Notes under the pieces: model-generated
What the model was told of the DNA's origin: nothing
Database searches by the model: none
Seen by the model: the letters and a program-made list of their open reading frames with translations, nothing else
Origin: an uncultured Clostridia bacterium
GTDB lineage: Bacteria > Bacillota > Clostridia > TANB77 > CAG-508
Assembly: GCA_904419495.1 (NCBI GenBank)
Contig: CAJFRV010000007.1
Location: 21,763-85,762 of the forward strand
Length of the DNA stretch: 64,000 nt
Direction: 5' to 3'
Part shown: positions 40,342 to 51,843 of the stretch, piece after piece
Layout of the letters: the number at the start of each line of letters is the position of its first letter
How positions within the stretch are numbered: position 1 is the stretch's first letter
Program-made: the position numbers and the translations under genes

Positions 40342-41619
40342 TTTATTTTATCCTCCTTTGTAGGCAACAATGTATCAAACATTGATAATTGTTCATATTT
40401 CTTTTGTGGAATTGTATTTCTTTCTGCATATAATAAATTGGTTTCAATAAAATTCTTGTTAAATTTGTTGACTTCGTAAAAATATTTTCCTTTGCAAGTA
40501 ATAAAATATTGAGCTCTTTTTAAGACAACACCCAATTTTTTTAGACTTTCAAAATCTAGTAAGAATTCTCTTCTAGCAGTAATAATCTTTTTAGCACTAA
40601 TAACTCCAATACCGGGAATTCTTAATAAAGTAGAATAATCAGCTGTATTAATTTCTATTGGAAATTTGTCTAAATTTCTTAAAGCCCAATCACACTTAGG
40701 GTCTAATAAAGTGTTGAAATTGGGATGCTCTTCATTTAACAATTCGTCTGCTTGAAAGCCATAAAAGCGAAGCAGCCAATCTGCTTGATATAGTCGGTTT
40801 TCTCGTAAAAGTGGAGGCTTCTCTAAAGTAGGCAAGTTTTTATCATTATTAATAGAAACATAAGCAGAATAATAGACACGTTTTAATTTCAAAGATTTAT
40901 ACATTCCTTCAGAAAGTTTTAATATCTTTAGATCTGTTTCAGGTGTAGCACCAACCATTAATTGTGTGGTTTGACCTGCTGGGACAAATTTCTTTTTATA
41001 TTTAGATTTATCTATCTTATTGATTTTAATTGTATTTGAGATATATGTCATTGGTTTTAAAATACCATCCTTTTCTTTTTGAGGAGCTAGTAATTTCAAA
41101 CTATCATTTGAAGGAAGTTCTATATTAATACTTAATCTATCTACTAAAACACCTAAACTGTCAATTAATTCTTGACTACAACCGAGGAATTGTTTTGCAG
41201 TGTATATATCCATTAAAATGATATTCATTCCTTAAAATAGAAGTTGTTTCAATCAATCTTTCCATAGTGTAGTTAGGGGATTTGATAACTGCTGAACTTA
41301 AAAATAAACCTTCTATATAATTTCGTTTATAAAAATGAACAGTTAAATCTGCAACTTCACGTGGGGTAAAGGTAGCTCTAGATACAGAATTTGAAGAACG
41401 ATTAATACAATATTTACAATCATAGATACAGGCATTTGTAAATAAAATTTTTAAAAGAGAGATACATCTACCATCTGCACCCCAACTATGACAAATACCA
41501 GAAACATGACCATTTCCAATCCCATTGTTTGTATTTTTTCGATTACTTCCACTAGAACTGCAAGAAGCGTCATATTTAGCAGAATCAGCAAGTATTTTTA
41601 ATTTATCAAAAATTTCCAT
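40320..41619 (-). CDS. Putative DNA modification/repair radical SAM protein (TIGR03916-like), split by an indel in an A-run at ~41191..41195
   Basis: CxxxCxxC radical-SAM cluster motif (ACIYDCKYC) in the N-terminal ORF (41176..41619). The C-terminal HhH-like region (LLRIPGIGVISAKKI) is in ORF 40320..41228. The frames rejoin as HCKQFLGCSQELI if aaaa becomes aaa. Confidence 0.65.
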
Positions 41620-41854
41620 AATGCACCTCCAAACATATGTACGATTATATCATTTAAAAAATTAAACTGCAATACTTTTAGAACAAATTTTTGAGAGTAA
41701 ACAAATTTAATGAATTTATGTGTCGCAATTTTAAATTTTTTTATAAAAATTGACAAAATATAAAAAATTTTATAGAAATATTGAAAAAAAATAAAGGAAA
41801 CTATATAATACTAAACGATACATACAAAAGTAAATAAAAAAGGATGGTATAAAA

Positions 41855-42844
41855 ATGATACAAATAGAAAGTAAATATGGAAACAATTATGGAAATATAT
41901 ATGGGGAAATAAAAACATCTATTCCAAAAATAAAAGTCATTGGAATAGGTGGAGGTGGCAATAATGCTGTCAGACAAATGGTAGAAGACAAAGTAAAAGA
42001 TGTCGAATTTTATTTTATCAATACAGAACTTGCTATGTTAAATAAAACAAGAATGGAAAATATTTTACAAATTGGAAAAGAAACCACAAAAGGATTAGGA
42101 GCTGGTGCTAATCCAGATATGGGAGAAAAGGCTGCCATTGAAAGCAAAGAAGATATTAAAAAATTATTAGAAGGTACGCAATTATTATTCTTAACTGCAG
42201 GAATGGGTGGCGGAACTGGAACAGGTGCAATTCCAGTAGTTGCAGAAATTGCACAAGAAATGGGGATTCAAACAATTGCCATTGTGACAAAACCATTTTT
42301 ATTTGAAGGAAGATTGAGATCAAGTAGGGCAGATAGCGGAATAGAAAAATTAAAACAATATGTTAATAGTTTAATATTGATTTCAAATGATAAATTGTTA
42401 AAAATAGCTGGTAATCAAAAAATGAGTGTTATCAATGCTTTCAAAATGGCAGATAATGTATTAGAACAAGGAATTAAAAGTATTACAGATCTAATTACAT
42501 CAGTAGGAGATATTAATGTTGACTTTGCAGATATTACAACTATGCTAACATATAAAGGAATGGCATATATGGGAATTGGAGAAGCAGAGGGAGAAGGCAG
42601 AATGGTAGATGCGGTTAATCAAGCAATCGATAATGCACTTACAGAAAACAAAATTAATAATGCTAAAGGTGTTATCTTTAATGTTAGAGGAAATTCAGAA
42701 TTGGCATTAAGTGAAATTAATGATGGTATTGGTAAAATTAATGATTTAATTAGTGAAGATGCCAATGTCGTATTTGGAACAATTACAGATAATTCATTAC
42801 AAGATAAAGTTGTTGTTACAGTTATTGCTACAGGAGTAGAGTAA
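41855..42844 (+). CDS. FtsZ/tubulin-family GTPase, core only (no C-terminal linker or conserved tail)
   Basis: [10 protein letters not shown] (tubulin signature, G-box), [17 protein letters not shown]7 loop NVDFAD. It ends right after the VTVIATG core at 329 aa. Confidence 0.8.
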   Translation: MIQIESKYGNNYGNIYGEIKTSIPKIKVIGIGGGGNNAVRQMVEDKVKDVEFYFINTELAMLNKTRMENILQIGKETTKGLGAGANPDMGEKAAIESKEDIKKLLEGTQLLFLTAGMGGGTGTGAIPVVAEIAQEMGIQTIAIVTKPFLFEGRLRSSRADSGIEKLKQYVNSLILISNDKLLKIAGNQKMSVINAFKMADNVLEQGIKSITDLITSVGDINVDFADITTMLTYKGMAYMGIGEAEGEGRMVDAVNQAIDNALTENKINNAKGVIFNVRGNSELALSEINDGIGKINDLISEDANVVFGTITDNSLQDKVVVTVIATGVE

Positions 42845-42896
42845 AAGAAAAAAGGCAGAAATTTTATAAAATTTCTGCCTAAATACATTTTAAATT

Positions 42897-44406
42897 CTAA
42901 AAACTTTTCATTTTCATATAAACACGTTTTCTATCAAATACTATCATAAAACTTAAATAAGATAGAACAAACAAAGAAATTTGCATAATCGTATTTAATG
43001 AAAAATTTGAAAAAGTGATAGGTAATAGTTTAATTACCAAATAAGATGCCAGACAAGCAAAAATAGGTCTTATAATAAATTTTTTAAAATTCACTGAATA
43101 ATTAATTTTTTTCTTTAGTTGAATACTACTAATTGTAAAATTTAAAAGTTCACTTACAAAAATACTCAAAATATATCCATACATTCCCATCAGAGGGACA
43201 ACAAAAAAGATAATAGATATGGTAACCAATAAATCAATAATATTACAGACCATAACACTAACTTGTTCATTAATACCTTTTAGCATGTTATCTATGATAT
43301 TATCTATATACATGAAAAAAATAAGAGGAGAAAGTATTCTGATCCATTTTCCAGCTTCTATAGATTGATAGACCATTAAACTAATTTCATTAGAGAATAT
43401 AACAAAAATACCTGTAACACCAATAGAAAAAATAAATGTAACTTTAAAAATGGTATCACAAACGGTTTTTAATCTGTTATAATTTTCACCAGCCAGTAAT
43501 CTGGAGAATTCTGGAACTAATAAGCTACTAAAAGAACCAATCAAGACATTAGCAAACATGATAACTGGCATAACCATTCCGACTAATTAAACCATAGTTA
43601 GAGACAGCTAAGGAATAAGAAATGCCTGATAATTCTAAGCGAATTGGAATTAAGAATTGTTTTAAAGAGGAAAGTCCTGAACGTATACAAGAAGTGATAC
43701 TAATCGGAAAAGCAATGGAAAAGATTTTTTTCTTCATTTGTATAGGTAAACTTCTCTTGGATATGTATTTTTTTCTATCAAATAGATAAAAAATGATGTT
43801 TAAACTAAAAGAAAATATTTCAGATATTACATCAGCTAAAATAAGAGAAATACAAATAGATTCTACATCTTTTGAAGGATTTAGATAAAGTAAAAATACA
43901 GTAGCAATTATTTTTACACTTGTTTCTAGAATTTGCGAAATAGCACTTTTATATGGTTTTTCAACAGATGAAAAATATCCTCCAATTACAGAAGAAACAG
44001 AAATAAGAGGTAATCCAAGAGAAATTAGATAAATGGGGATTTCAGATACAGCATGTTTCAACCATGCAGATGAGATTACTGGTGCAAATAAAATAATAAA
44101 AAGGGAACTGGTTATACCTAATAATAAAGCAAAAAGTATAGACGTTTTAACAGCTTTTAAACCATTAATATAATTTCCTTTTGCAAACTCTTCAGATACA
44201 ATGCAAGTACAGGCAATCCCAATACCAGATGTAGCAACTGTTATAGCAAAACTATAAACAGACATTAATAAACTGAAAACTCCAATGGCTTCTGATCCAA
44301 CTTTATTAGCTACATAGATATTAAAAATTAGTCCAATTCCTCTCATGGCTAAGGAAGTACTTGTTAAAATAATTCCATTAATAAAAAATAATTTTGTTTT
44401 TCTCAA
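42897..44406 (-). CDS. MOP-superfamily flippase (SpoVB/MurJ-like polysaccharide biosynthesis protein), split by a frameshift near 43549..43600
   Basis: The N-terminal ORF (43549..44406) resembles SpoVB (LTSTSLAMRGIGLIFNIYVANKVGSEAIG). Together the two ORFs give ~12-14 TM helices and ~510 aa. Confidence 0.65.
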
Positions 44407-44446
44407 AATATCACCTTATAAATGATATTAGGAAAAATCAATTTTA

Positions 44447-44732
44447 TGTCCATTTGGGGACGTTTCTTTTTGGACATTTTCAAGACATTGTAATAAAAAA
44501 TAAAAGTATATAAAAATTTATGAAATGACGAATGTGAATGAAATCATGTTAGAAAAAATTAAAGTATCTAATAGGAGAATCTCAAATTTTGCTTTGAGAG
44601 GTGCCTATTAGATACTTTTAGTTTTTCTCATGATGTAATGTTAGCCGAGGAATAAAATAAATTTTTATATACTTTTCTTTTTTATATAACTATTTTAAAA
44701 AATGTCCAAAAAGAAACGTCCCCAAATGGACA
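44447..44732. repeat. REPIN/MITE-like element, family 1: 34-bp inverted REP arms around a 217-bp interior that contains a long hairpin (44564..44615)
   Basis: tgtccatttggggacgtttctttttggacatttt ... aaaatgtccaaaaagaaacgtccccaaatggaca. Interior hairpin: gtatctaatagg-N28-cctattagatac. Confidence 0.6.
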
Positions 44733-44734
44733 TA

Positions 44735-45475
44735 TTATGTTTTTAAGGACATTAAAGTAACATTTACTAATCCTTCAGTAACAGAAGATAATATTTTTAT
44801 ATCATTTCCAGTATCATTTTTAAATTTAAAATCATAACTACCATAAGCAACTGCTGCATCCTTTCCTTCTGGTACATAAGGTACATGATTGCTATGAGGA
44901 TGTCTTTCTACAACAGTTAAACCTGATGTTGCTAATACAGCATTATATAATGTACTACTAACTTGACAATTACCACCACCATATCCTTTTTTCTTATTTC
45001 CATTATGATCATATATATCCGCTTCTAGATAACCTTTACTACTTGTAGCAGGTCCAACTGTATTACAAAAAGAAAACGTGTCACCACTTTTTACAATAGT
45101 ATCATTCAAGGTAGAAGTAGTAATTTCCATATTTTTTGTTCTATTAGAATCATTAGAATAAATTTTAGTAGAGAATGCTGATAATTGTTCTTCAGTTGTT
45201 TGAGAAGTAGTATTTGTAGTGTTTTCTGTAGTAGAAGAATTTTCAGATGTTGTATTATCTGAAGTGTTATTTGTAGTATTCTCATTGTGAGAAGTATTTT
45301 CTTCAGGAGCTGTATTTTCATTATGTGCTATAGTATTTTCACTTGAAGTTCTATTAGCTTCATAATTTGCATTTTTACTATTATCAGAGGAAGTATTTCT
45401 TACATAAAAAAATATACCAATTCCAATTAACGCAAGTAGTCCAATAATGATAAAAATTCCTAATTTTTTATTCAT
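44735..45475 (-). CDS. VanW-domain protein (membrane-anchored, N/T/S-rich linker)
   Basis: C-terminal VanW-like motifs GYGGGNCQVSSTLYNAV and VAYGSYDFKFKN. Start set at MNKKLG, which sits behind a GGTGA RBS. Confidence 0.7.
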   Translation of the reverse strand: MNKKLGIFIIIGLLALIGIGIFFYVRNTSSDNSKNANYEANRTSSENTIAHNENTAPEENTSHNENTTNNTSDNTTSENSSTTENTTNTTSQTTEEQLSAFSTKIYSNDSNRTKNMEITTSTLNDTIVKSGDTFSFCNTVGPATSSKGYLEADIYDHNGNKKKGYGGGNCQVSSTLYNAVLATSGLTVVERHPHSNHVPYVPEGKDAAVAYGSYDFKFKNDTGNDIKILSSVTEGLVNVTLMSLKT

Positions 45476-45579
45476 ATAAATCACCAGATTTATTATAACC
45501 AAAACTTTAAAAATTATTGACAATTAGCTAAAAAAAATATATAATTATATATGTATATTAAAGAAAAGAGGAGAAAAAT

Positions 45580-45756
45580 ATGCTTGCTAAATATTGGAAA
45601 AAAATTGGAATGCTTATTTTAATTATAGCTTGTGTGTTTAATGTTATGAATAAATTGGTACATAAACTTTCGCTTAACAGTGAAATGTTGTCTTCTGCAC
45701 AATATGTATATGATCAACAACAAAATGAAGAAAATAATGAAAATAACACAAATTAG
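45580..45756 (+). CDS. Small hypothetical membrane peptide (58 aa) that the >=60-aa ORF track missed
   Basis: ATG behind the strong RBS AAGAGGAG. It has a hydrophobic segment (IGMLILIIACVF) and an acidic Asn-rich tail. Confidence 0.3.
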   Translation: MLAKYWKKIGMLILIIACVFNVMNKLVHKLSLNSEMLSSAQYVYDQQQNEENNENNTN

Positions 45757-45833
45757 GACTTGAAAAATATAAAAAAATGTGTTATGATGAAAAACAGTCG
45801 AGTTATTTCAATTTAAGAAAGAGGTGAACAATA

Positions 45834-46034
45834 ATGAAAGAAGGAATACATCCAAATTACAACCAAACAACAATCACATGTGCATGTGGTAATGTTTTAG
45901 AAGTTGGTTCAACAAAAAAAGATATTAAAGTAGATATATGCTCTAAATGTCATCCATTTTGGACAGGAAATTTAAGACAAGAAACAGCCGGAGGTAGAGC
46001 AGATAAATTCAAGAAAAAATATGGTCTTGCATAA
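45834..46034 (+). CDS. rpmE: 50S ribosomal protein L31
   Basis: [10 protein letters not shown]-terminus, CxxC...CxxC zinc ribbon, 66 aa. Confidence 0.95.
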   Translation: MKEGIHPNYNQTTITCACGNVLEVGSTKKDIKVDICSKCHPFWTGNLRQETAGGRADKFKKKYGLA

Positions 46035-46037
46035 AAA

Positions 46038-46070
46038 TAAAAGTAGAAAAAACTCTACTTTTATTTTTTT
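46038..46070. terminator. Intrinsic terminator after rpmE (bidirectional)
   Basis: aagtagag-aaaaa-ctctactt stem followed by the T-tract TTTATTTTTTT. Confidence 0.6.
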
Positions 46071-46076
46071 ATTTCG

Positions 46077-46757
46077 TTAACGCATATCTTTCTTATATAA
46101 TTTAAGTATTTCATGAAAAGTTAAAATATCAAAAACTTTTAGTTTTGCTTTTTTCCCAGACAAAGGAGAATGGATAGTTCCTTTTGGTGTTAGAAAAACC
46201 AAATAATTATATGAGGAAATAAATAATTCCACATTTCCATTGTCATTTGTATCATATCCATATCCAAATTCAACAAATTCGTTGTTATCATTTAAAGTCA
46301 AAAGTGTTACATAAGGCCTAAAATAGTTATGCTTGTCTAATATTTCATAAGTTACTAAAAATACATTATGAAAAGAAATCCCTTCTAATCGAAAAGATTT
46401 AATAAATTTTATATCAATTAAATTTAGTATTCTAGCTTCGTCTAATAGATTCATATAATCTGGTAAATCTTTTATAGGTAGTAATTTTTGATTTGTTAAA
46501 AAATAAGGATTTATTGTATTTCCACTTAAAGCATCAACATAAGATTTCATTTCTAACATTCCCCATAAATCAAGTAAATTAGTATCTATTTTATTTTTAC
46601 TATTTTTTTCTTCTAACTCTTTTATGTTTAATAACTGTAAATCTTCCAAAGATATATCCGCAGAAGAATTTTTTGCCTGTTTATAGACTTGTTCTACATG
46701 AGTATCATTTTTTCTTTTAGAATGTTTTGTTTTTAATAAAGAACTAAAATCTCCCAT
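46077..46757 (-). CDS. Hypothetical protein
   Basis: 226-aa ORF; no recognisable motifs. Confidence 0.4.
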   Translation of the reverse strand: MGDFSSLLKTKHSKRKNDTHVEQVYKQAKNSSADISLEDLQLLNIKELEEKNSKNKIDTNLLDLWGMLEMKSYVDALSGNTINPYFLTNQKLLPIKDLPDYMNLLDEARILNLIDIKFIKSFRLEGISFHNVFLVTYEILDKHNYFRPYVTLLTLNDNNEFVEFGYGYDTNDNGNVELFISSYNYLVFLTPKGTIHSPLSGKKAKLKVFDILTFHEILKLYKKDMR

Positions 46758-46889
46758 AACACATAATCCTCCTTATATTCTAGTACTTATATTATATCAT
46801 CAAAAATGAATTTTAAAAAGATTTGCTTATAAATTTCTTGCAAAAATCGTGAAAATATAATAAAATATGCAGATGATGGAGGTATAAGT

Positions 46890-48302
46890 GTGGATACAAT
46901 AAATGAAGTAAAAAAACAAGAAACTTATATAGAAAAAGTAAAAGAATTAAATCATAAAAAGAATTTAAAATATCATATTTTAACAATGGGATGCCAGCTA
47001 AATGAAAACGATTCTGAGAAACTTTGTGGTATGCTAGAAAAAATGGGATATATAAAGACAGATAATTTTCAAGAAGCAGATTTAAACTTATTTAATACTT
47101 GTTGTGTAAGGGAAAATGCAGAGGATAAATTATTTGGAAAATTAGGTGAACTAAAAAGAATAAAAGAAGAAAAAGGAACTGTTATTGCAATTGGTGGCTG
47201 TATGATGCAAGAAAAACACATAACAGATAAAATAAAAGAAAGTTATCCTTTTGTCGATATCTTATTTGGAACACATACTTTGTATCGTTTTCCAGAAGAT
47301 TTATACAAAGCATTAATTGAAAAGAAAAAACAAGAAGATATTTTAGATATTGATGGAGAAATCTATGAAGGGCTTCCTATAAAAAGAGATAGCAATATAA
47401 AAGCGTCTGTTACGATTATGAATGGATGTAATAATTTTTGTACATATTGTATTGTACCATATGTAAGGGGAAGAGAGAGAAGTAGAGAACCTAGAGAAAT
47501 TGTAAGAGAAGTAGAAGAATTAGCAAAACAAGGATATAAAGAAATTACTTTATTAGGACAAAATGTAAATTCATATTTACGAGTAGAAAAAGAAAAAGGA
47601 AAAGCATTCGAAGCATATGAAGGTATTAATTCCTTTGCAACATTGCTAAGGGCAATCAATAAAATAGAAGGAATTGAAAGAATTCGATTTGTTTCACCAC
47701 ATCCAAAGGATTTTACAGATGATGTAATAGATGCGATTAGAGACTGCAATAAAGTATGTAAATTGATACATTTACCATTACAATCTGGAAACACAAAAGT
47801 ATTAAAAGAAATGAATCGAAGATATACAAAAGAGCAATATTTAAATCTAGTTGAAAAAATGAAAACAAAGATACCAAATTTAACTTTATCTACAGATATT
47901 ATTGTCGGATTCCCGGGAGAAACAGAGGAAGAATTTGAAGATACCTTAGATGTAGTAAGAAAAGTAAGATTTGAACAAGTATATATGTTTATCTATTCTA
48001 GAAGAGTAGGTACACCCGGAGATAAAATGGAAAATCAAGTTCTAGAAGAGACAAAACATAAACGTTTTGATAGATTAAAAGCATTGGTAGAAAGTCAGAT
48101 AGAAGAAAATAATCAAAAATATGTAGGAACTGTTCAAAAAGTATTGGTTGAAGGAACAAGTAAGAATAATGAAAATATGCTAACAGGAAGAACAGATAGT
48201 AATAAAGTCGTTATTTTCGAAGGAAAAAAGGATTTAATTGGTAAAATAATTGATTTGAACATTGTTTCTGAACATATGTGGTATTTGAAAGGAAAATGTT
48301 AA
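46890..48302 (+). CDS. miaB: tRNA-2-methylthio-N6-dimethylallyladenosine synthase (radical-SAM methylthiotransferase)
   Basis: MTTase N-domain (TMGCQLNENDSE), radical SAM CNNFCTYCIVPYVRG, C-terminal TRAM domain. Confidence 0.85.
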   Translation: MDTINEVKKQETYIEKVKELNHKKNLKYHILTMGCQLNENDSEKLCGMLEKMGYIKTDNFQEADLNLFNTCCVRENAEDKLFGKLGELKRIKEEKGTVIAIGGCMMQEKHITDKIKESYPFVDILFGTHTLYRFPEDLYKALIEKKKQEDILDIDGEIYEGLPIKRDSNIKASVTIMNGCNNFCTYCIVPYVRGRERSREPREIVREVEELAKQGYKEITLLGQNVNSYLRVEKEKGKAFEAYEGINSFATLLRAINKIEGIERIRFVSPHPKDFTDDVIDAIRDCNKVCKLIHLPLQSGNTKVLKEMNRRYTKEQYLNLVEKMKTKIPNLTLSTDIIVGFPGETEEEFEDTLDVVRKVRFEQVYMFIYSRRVGTPGDKMENQVLEETKHKRFDRLKALVESQIEENNQKYVGTVQKVLVEGTSKNNENMLTGRTDSNKVVIFEGKKDLIGKIIDLNIVSEHMWYLKGKC

Positions 48303-48306
48303 AGAA

Positions 48307-49119
48307 ATGAAAGGGCAAAAACAAATTCATGAAAAATTAGACTTAGGTGAAAATAAGAAATATGATGATGCAGTAGAAGAATTGACACTTAAATTTTCAC
48401 CTGAATTAGGAAAAAAAATAGGAAATTTATTTATGGAATTGCATTTACAAGATCAACATATGAATGTAGATACCTATATGGCATCCATGAGAGATATATT
48501 TATTTTACTAAGTCAAAGGAATAAAGGAATTTCTCAAAAAGATGATGCCTTTATTGACGAACAAGATATATTGGAACTTGTACAAAGATACCCTAGAATT
48601 TTAAGCCAAACTGTGTTGGAAAAAGTTAATCAGAATCTAACAGTATTAGATAATTTAAGCTGTATGGATACACAAAAAGTAAATCGATTGATTAAACTAT
48701 CGAAAGGATATATTTTTAGTATAGGGGTAAATAAGTTAAACGAAACTTGCTTATTTTTAGATAATATATTTGTTATAGATGAATTAGGTAGAAAAAGAAA
48801 TGCAGCAGAATATATGTTAAATGACTTGGGAGAAAAAAACTTACAAGTTAGTACGAAAAAGATATATGCAAGATTAATGCATATTTGTACAACAAGTCAG
48901 ACAAATGTACTTTTGAAAAAAGCATTTGATTTTTGCTATAAAAGAAATGAAGAAGAGTATGAAAACAAATATCATATTAGTCAAGAACAATTGGAGAATG
49001 AATATGTACTGCCAAGTACAGAAAATATAGAAATATATAAACAAAAAATTAAAGAAAGTATAGACAGGATAATTCATCCTATTTATGGAGAACAAAATGA
49101 AGGTAAAGGAGAACTATAA
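48307..49119 (+). CDS. Hypothetical protein between miaB and mutS
   Basis: 270-aa ORF, probably co-transcribed with its neighbours. Confidence 0.4.
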   Translation: MKGQKQIHEKLDLGENKKYDDAVEELTLKFSPELGKKIGNLFMELHLQDQHMNVDTYMASMRDIFILLSQRNKGISQKDDAFIDEQDILELVQRYPRILSQTVLEKVNQNLTVLDNLSCMDTQKVNRLIKLSKGYIFSIGVNKLNETCLFLDNIFVIDELGRKRNAAEYMLNDLGEKNLQVSTKKIYARLMHICTTSQTNVLLKKAFDFCYKRNEEEYENKYHISQEQLENEYVLPSTENIEIYKQKIKESIDRIIHPIYGEQNEGKGEL

Positions 49120-51728
49120 ATGTCAGAAAATAAAAACAAAGAATTTTCACCTATGATGCAACGATATCTTGAAACCAAAGAACAATACAAAGATTGTATC
49201 TTGTTTTATAGACTAGGTGACTTTTATGAAATGTTTTTTGATGATGCTATTACTGCAGCAAGAGAACTAGAAATAACATTAACAGGAAAAGATTGTGGGC
49301 AAGAAGAAAGAGCACCAATGGCAGGTGTACCACACCATGCTGCCGAAATGTATATTTCAAGATTAATTGCAAAAGGATATAAAGTTGCTATATGTGAACA
49401 ATTAGAAGATCCAAAAAATGCAAAAGGAATCGTAAAAAGAGGTGTTATCAGAGTTGTAACACCGGGAACAATCGTAGAAAGTAATATGCTTGAAGAAAGA
49501 AAAAATAATTATATCATGTCTATTTTTAAATCTGGCATCTATTTTGGAATTGGTGTATGTGATATATCAACAGGAGAGTTTTATGCAGCAGAAATTAAGG
49601 ATAACAATAATTTCCCACAATTACTAGATGAAATTGCAAGATATACACCGTCAGAATTAGTCATTAATTCCAATTTAGCAGATTGCACTGAAGAAATGAG
49701 TAAAATAAGAGAACGTTTTCAATGCTATATCACAAGATTTCAAGACAAATTTTATGATAGTAAACCAGATATCATTAAATTACGATTTAACTTAGTAGAT
49801 CCAAACCAAAAGCTAATTGAAAATATAGAAGAAAGAAGCTTTGCTGTAGCAAGTATTAATGCTTTAATTGAATACATAGAACAAACACAAATGACCAGTT
49901 TAGACCATATTAATAAAATTACAATTTATCAAATATCTAAATATATGTCATTAGATATTAATGCTAGAAGAAACTTAGAAATCACAGAAAAGATGAGAGA
50001 CAAATCAAAAAAAGGAACTTTGTTATGGGTATTAGATAAAACGTCAACTTCTATGGGAGGAAGACATTTAAGAAGATGGTTAAATGATCCATTAATTGAT
50101 ACCTTAGAAATTAATAGGAGATTAGAATCAGTAAAAGAATTAAAAGAAAATGTTATGCTTAGAGGTGATGTCATAGACAATCTAAAAAAGGTCTATGATA
50201 TTGAAAGATTAGCAGGTAAAATGGCTTATGGTAATGCCAATGCAAGAGATATGATTACATTAAAAAATTCTTTAGCAAGATTACCAGAAGTAGTGAATCT
50301 CCAATGTTAAAAGACATCTACGATAATTTAGACGAATTACAAGACATTTACGAATTAATTGAAAAATCGATTGTAGATGATCCACCAATGACTGTAAAAG
50401 ATGGTGGCATTATCAAATTAGGATATGATGAAGAAGTAGATAAACTAAAAACAGCAACAACAGAAGGGAAAAACTGGATTATTCAATTAGAAGCTGAAGA
50501 AAGAGAAAAAACAGGAATTAAAAATTTAAAAGTAGGGTTTAATAAAGTATTTGGTTATTTCATAGAAGTAACAAAATCAAACTTAGACCAAGTTCCTGAA
50601 AGATATGTAAGAAAGCAAACGTTAACAAATGCAGAAAGATATATTACAGAAGAATTGAAAAACTTAGAAAATCAAATATTGGGTGCAGAAGAAAAGGTCG
50701 TTAGTTTAGAATATGACTTATTTACAAAAATAAGGGAAGAAATTGCTAAAAATATTAGAAGATTACAAAAAACAGCAACAATGGTATCTACTCTAGATGT
50801 GTTAGCATCATTTGCACAGGTTGCAGAAGATATGAATTATTGTATGCCACAAGTAGACAATTCAGGAATTATTGATATAAAGGGAGGAAGACACCCTGTT
50901 ATAGAAAAAATGCTAGGTACGGGTGAATTTGTTGAAAATGATACCTATTTAGATGAAGATGAAAATAGATTGTCAATCATCACAGGACCGAATATGGCGG
51001 GTAAATCTACCTATATGAGACAAGTCGCTTTAATTACATTAATGGCACAAGTAGGAAGTTTTGTTCCAGCAGAAGAGGCAAAAATTGGTGTAGTTGATAA
51101 AATTTTTACAAGAGTTGGTGCATCTGATGATTTAAGTATGGGTCAGAGTACATTTATGGTAGAAATGATGGAAGTAGCAACCATTTTAAAAGAAGCCACA
51201 CAAAATAGTTTAGTTATCCTAGATGAGATTGGAAGAGGAACTTCTACCTATGATGGATTGTCTATTGCTTGGGCAGTAGCGGAATATATAGCAAATAAGG
51301 AAAAATGTGGTGCAAAAACATTATTTGCAACACATTACCATGAATTAACAGAATTAGAAGAGAAAATAGAAGGTGTTAAAAACTATTCTATTGCTGTTAA
51401 GGAAAAAGGAGAAGATATTGTCTTTTTAAGAAAGATTGTCAGAGGTGGAACAGATGAAAGTTATGGTATTCATGTAGCAAGATTAGCAGGTGTTCCAAAA
51501 TTAGTTACAGAAGAGGCAAATAAAATTCTAAAATCTTTGGAAAGAAAAAACATCTTAACAGGTAAAAAAGAAGAAAAGAAAGATAAAAAACAAGTGGAAG
51601 GGCAATTTGATATGTATAATTTCAAATTAGCAGAAATTGCCCATGAAATTGATAAAATTAATTTGAATGAATTAACACCAATTGATGCATTAAATACATT
51701 GGTAAGAATAAAAGAAAAGATGAAGTAA
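49120..51728 (+). CDS. mutS: DNA mismatch repair protein MutS, split by a 1-nt frameshift at ~50301..50306 (ccaatg, probably ccaaatg)
   Basis: N-terminal mismatch-binding domain (GDFYEMF). Walker A GPNMAGKST and the MutS signature (STFMVEM, DEIGRGTSTYDG) are in the second ORF. The frames rejoin as NLQMLKDIY if one A is added. Confidence 0.85.
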
Positions 51729-51734
51729 TTCGAT

Positions 51735-51762
51735 AATACCTATCCAAGTGCGGATAGGTATT
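51735..51762 (+). terminator. Hairpin after mutS (aatacctatcc-aagtgc-ggataggtatt) with no U-tract
   Basis: 11-bp perfect stem; weak as an intrinsic terminator. Confidence 0.35.
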
Positions 51763-51843
51763 ACTTATATGGTTACAAATTGACATAATGTTCATAAAAG
51801 TGATACAATAATATACGGAAAATTTTAATTAGAGGAGAAAATT

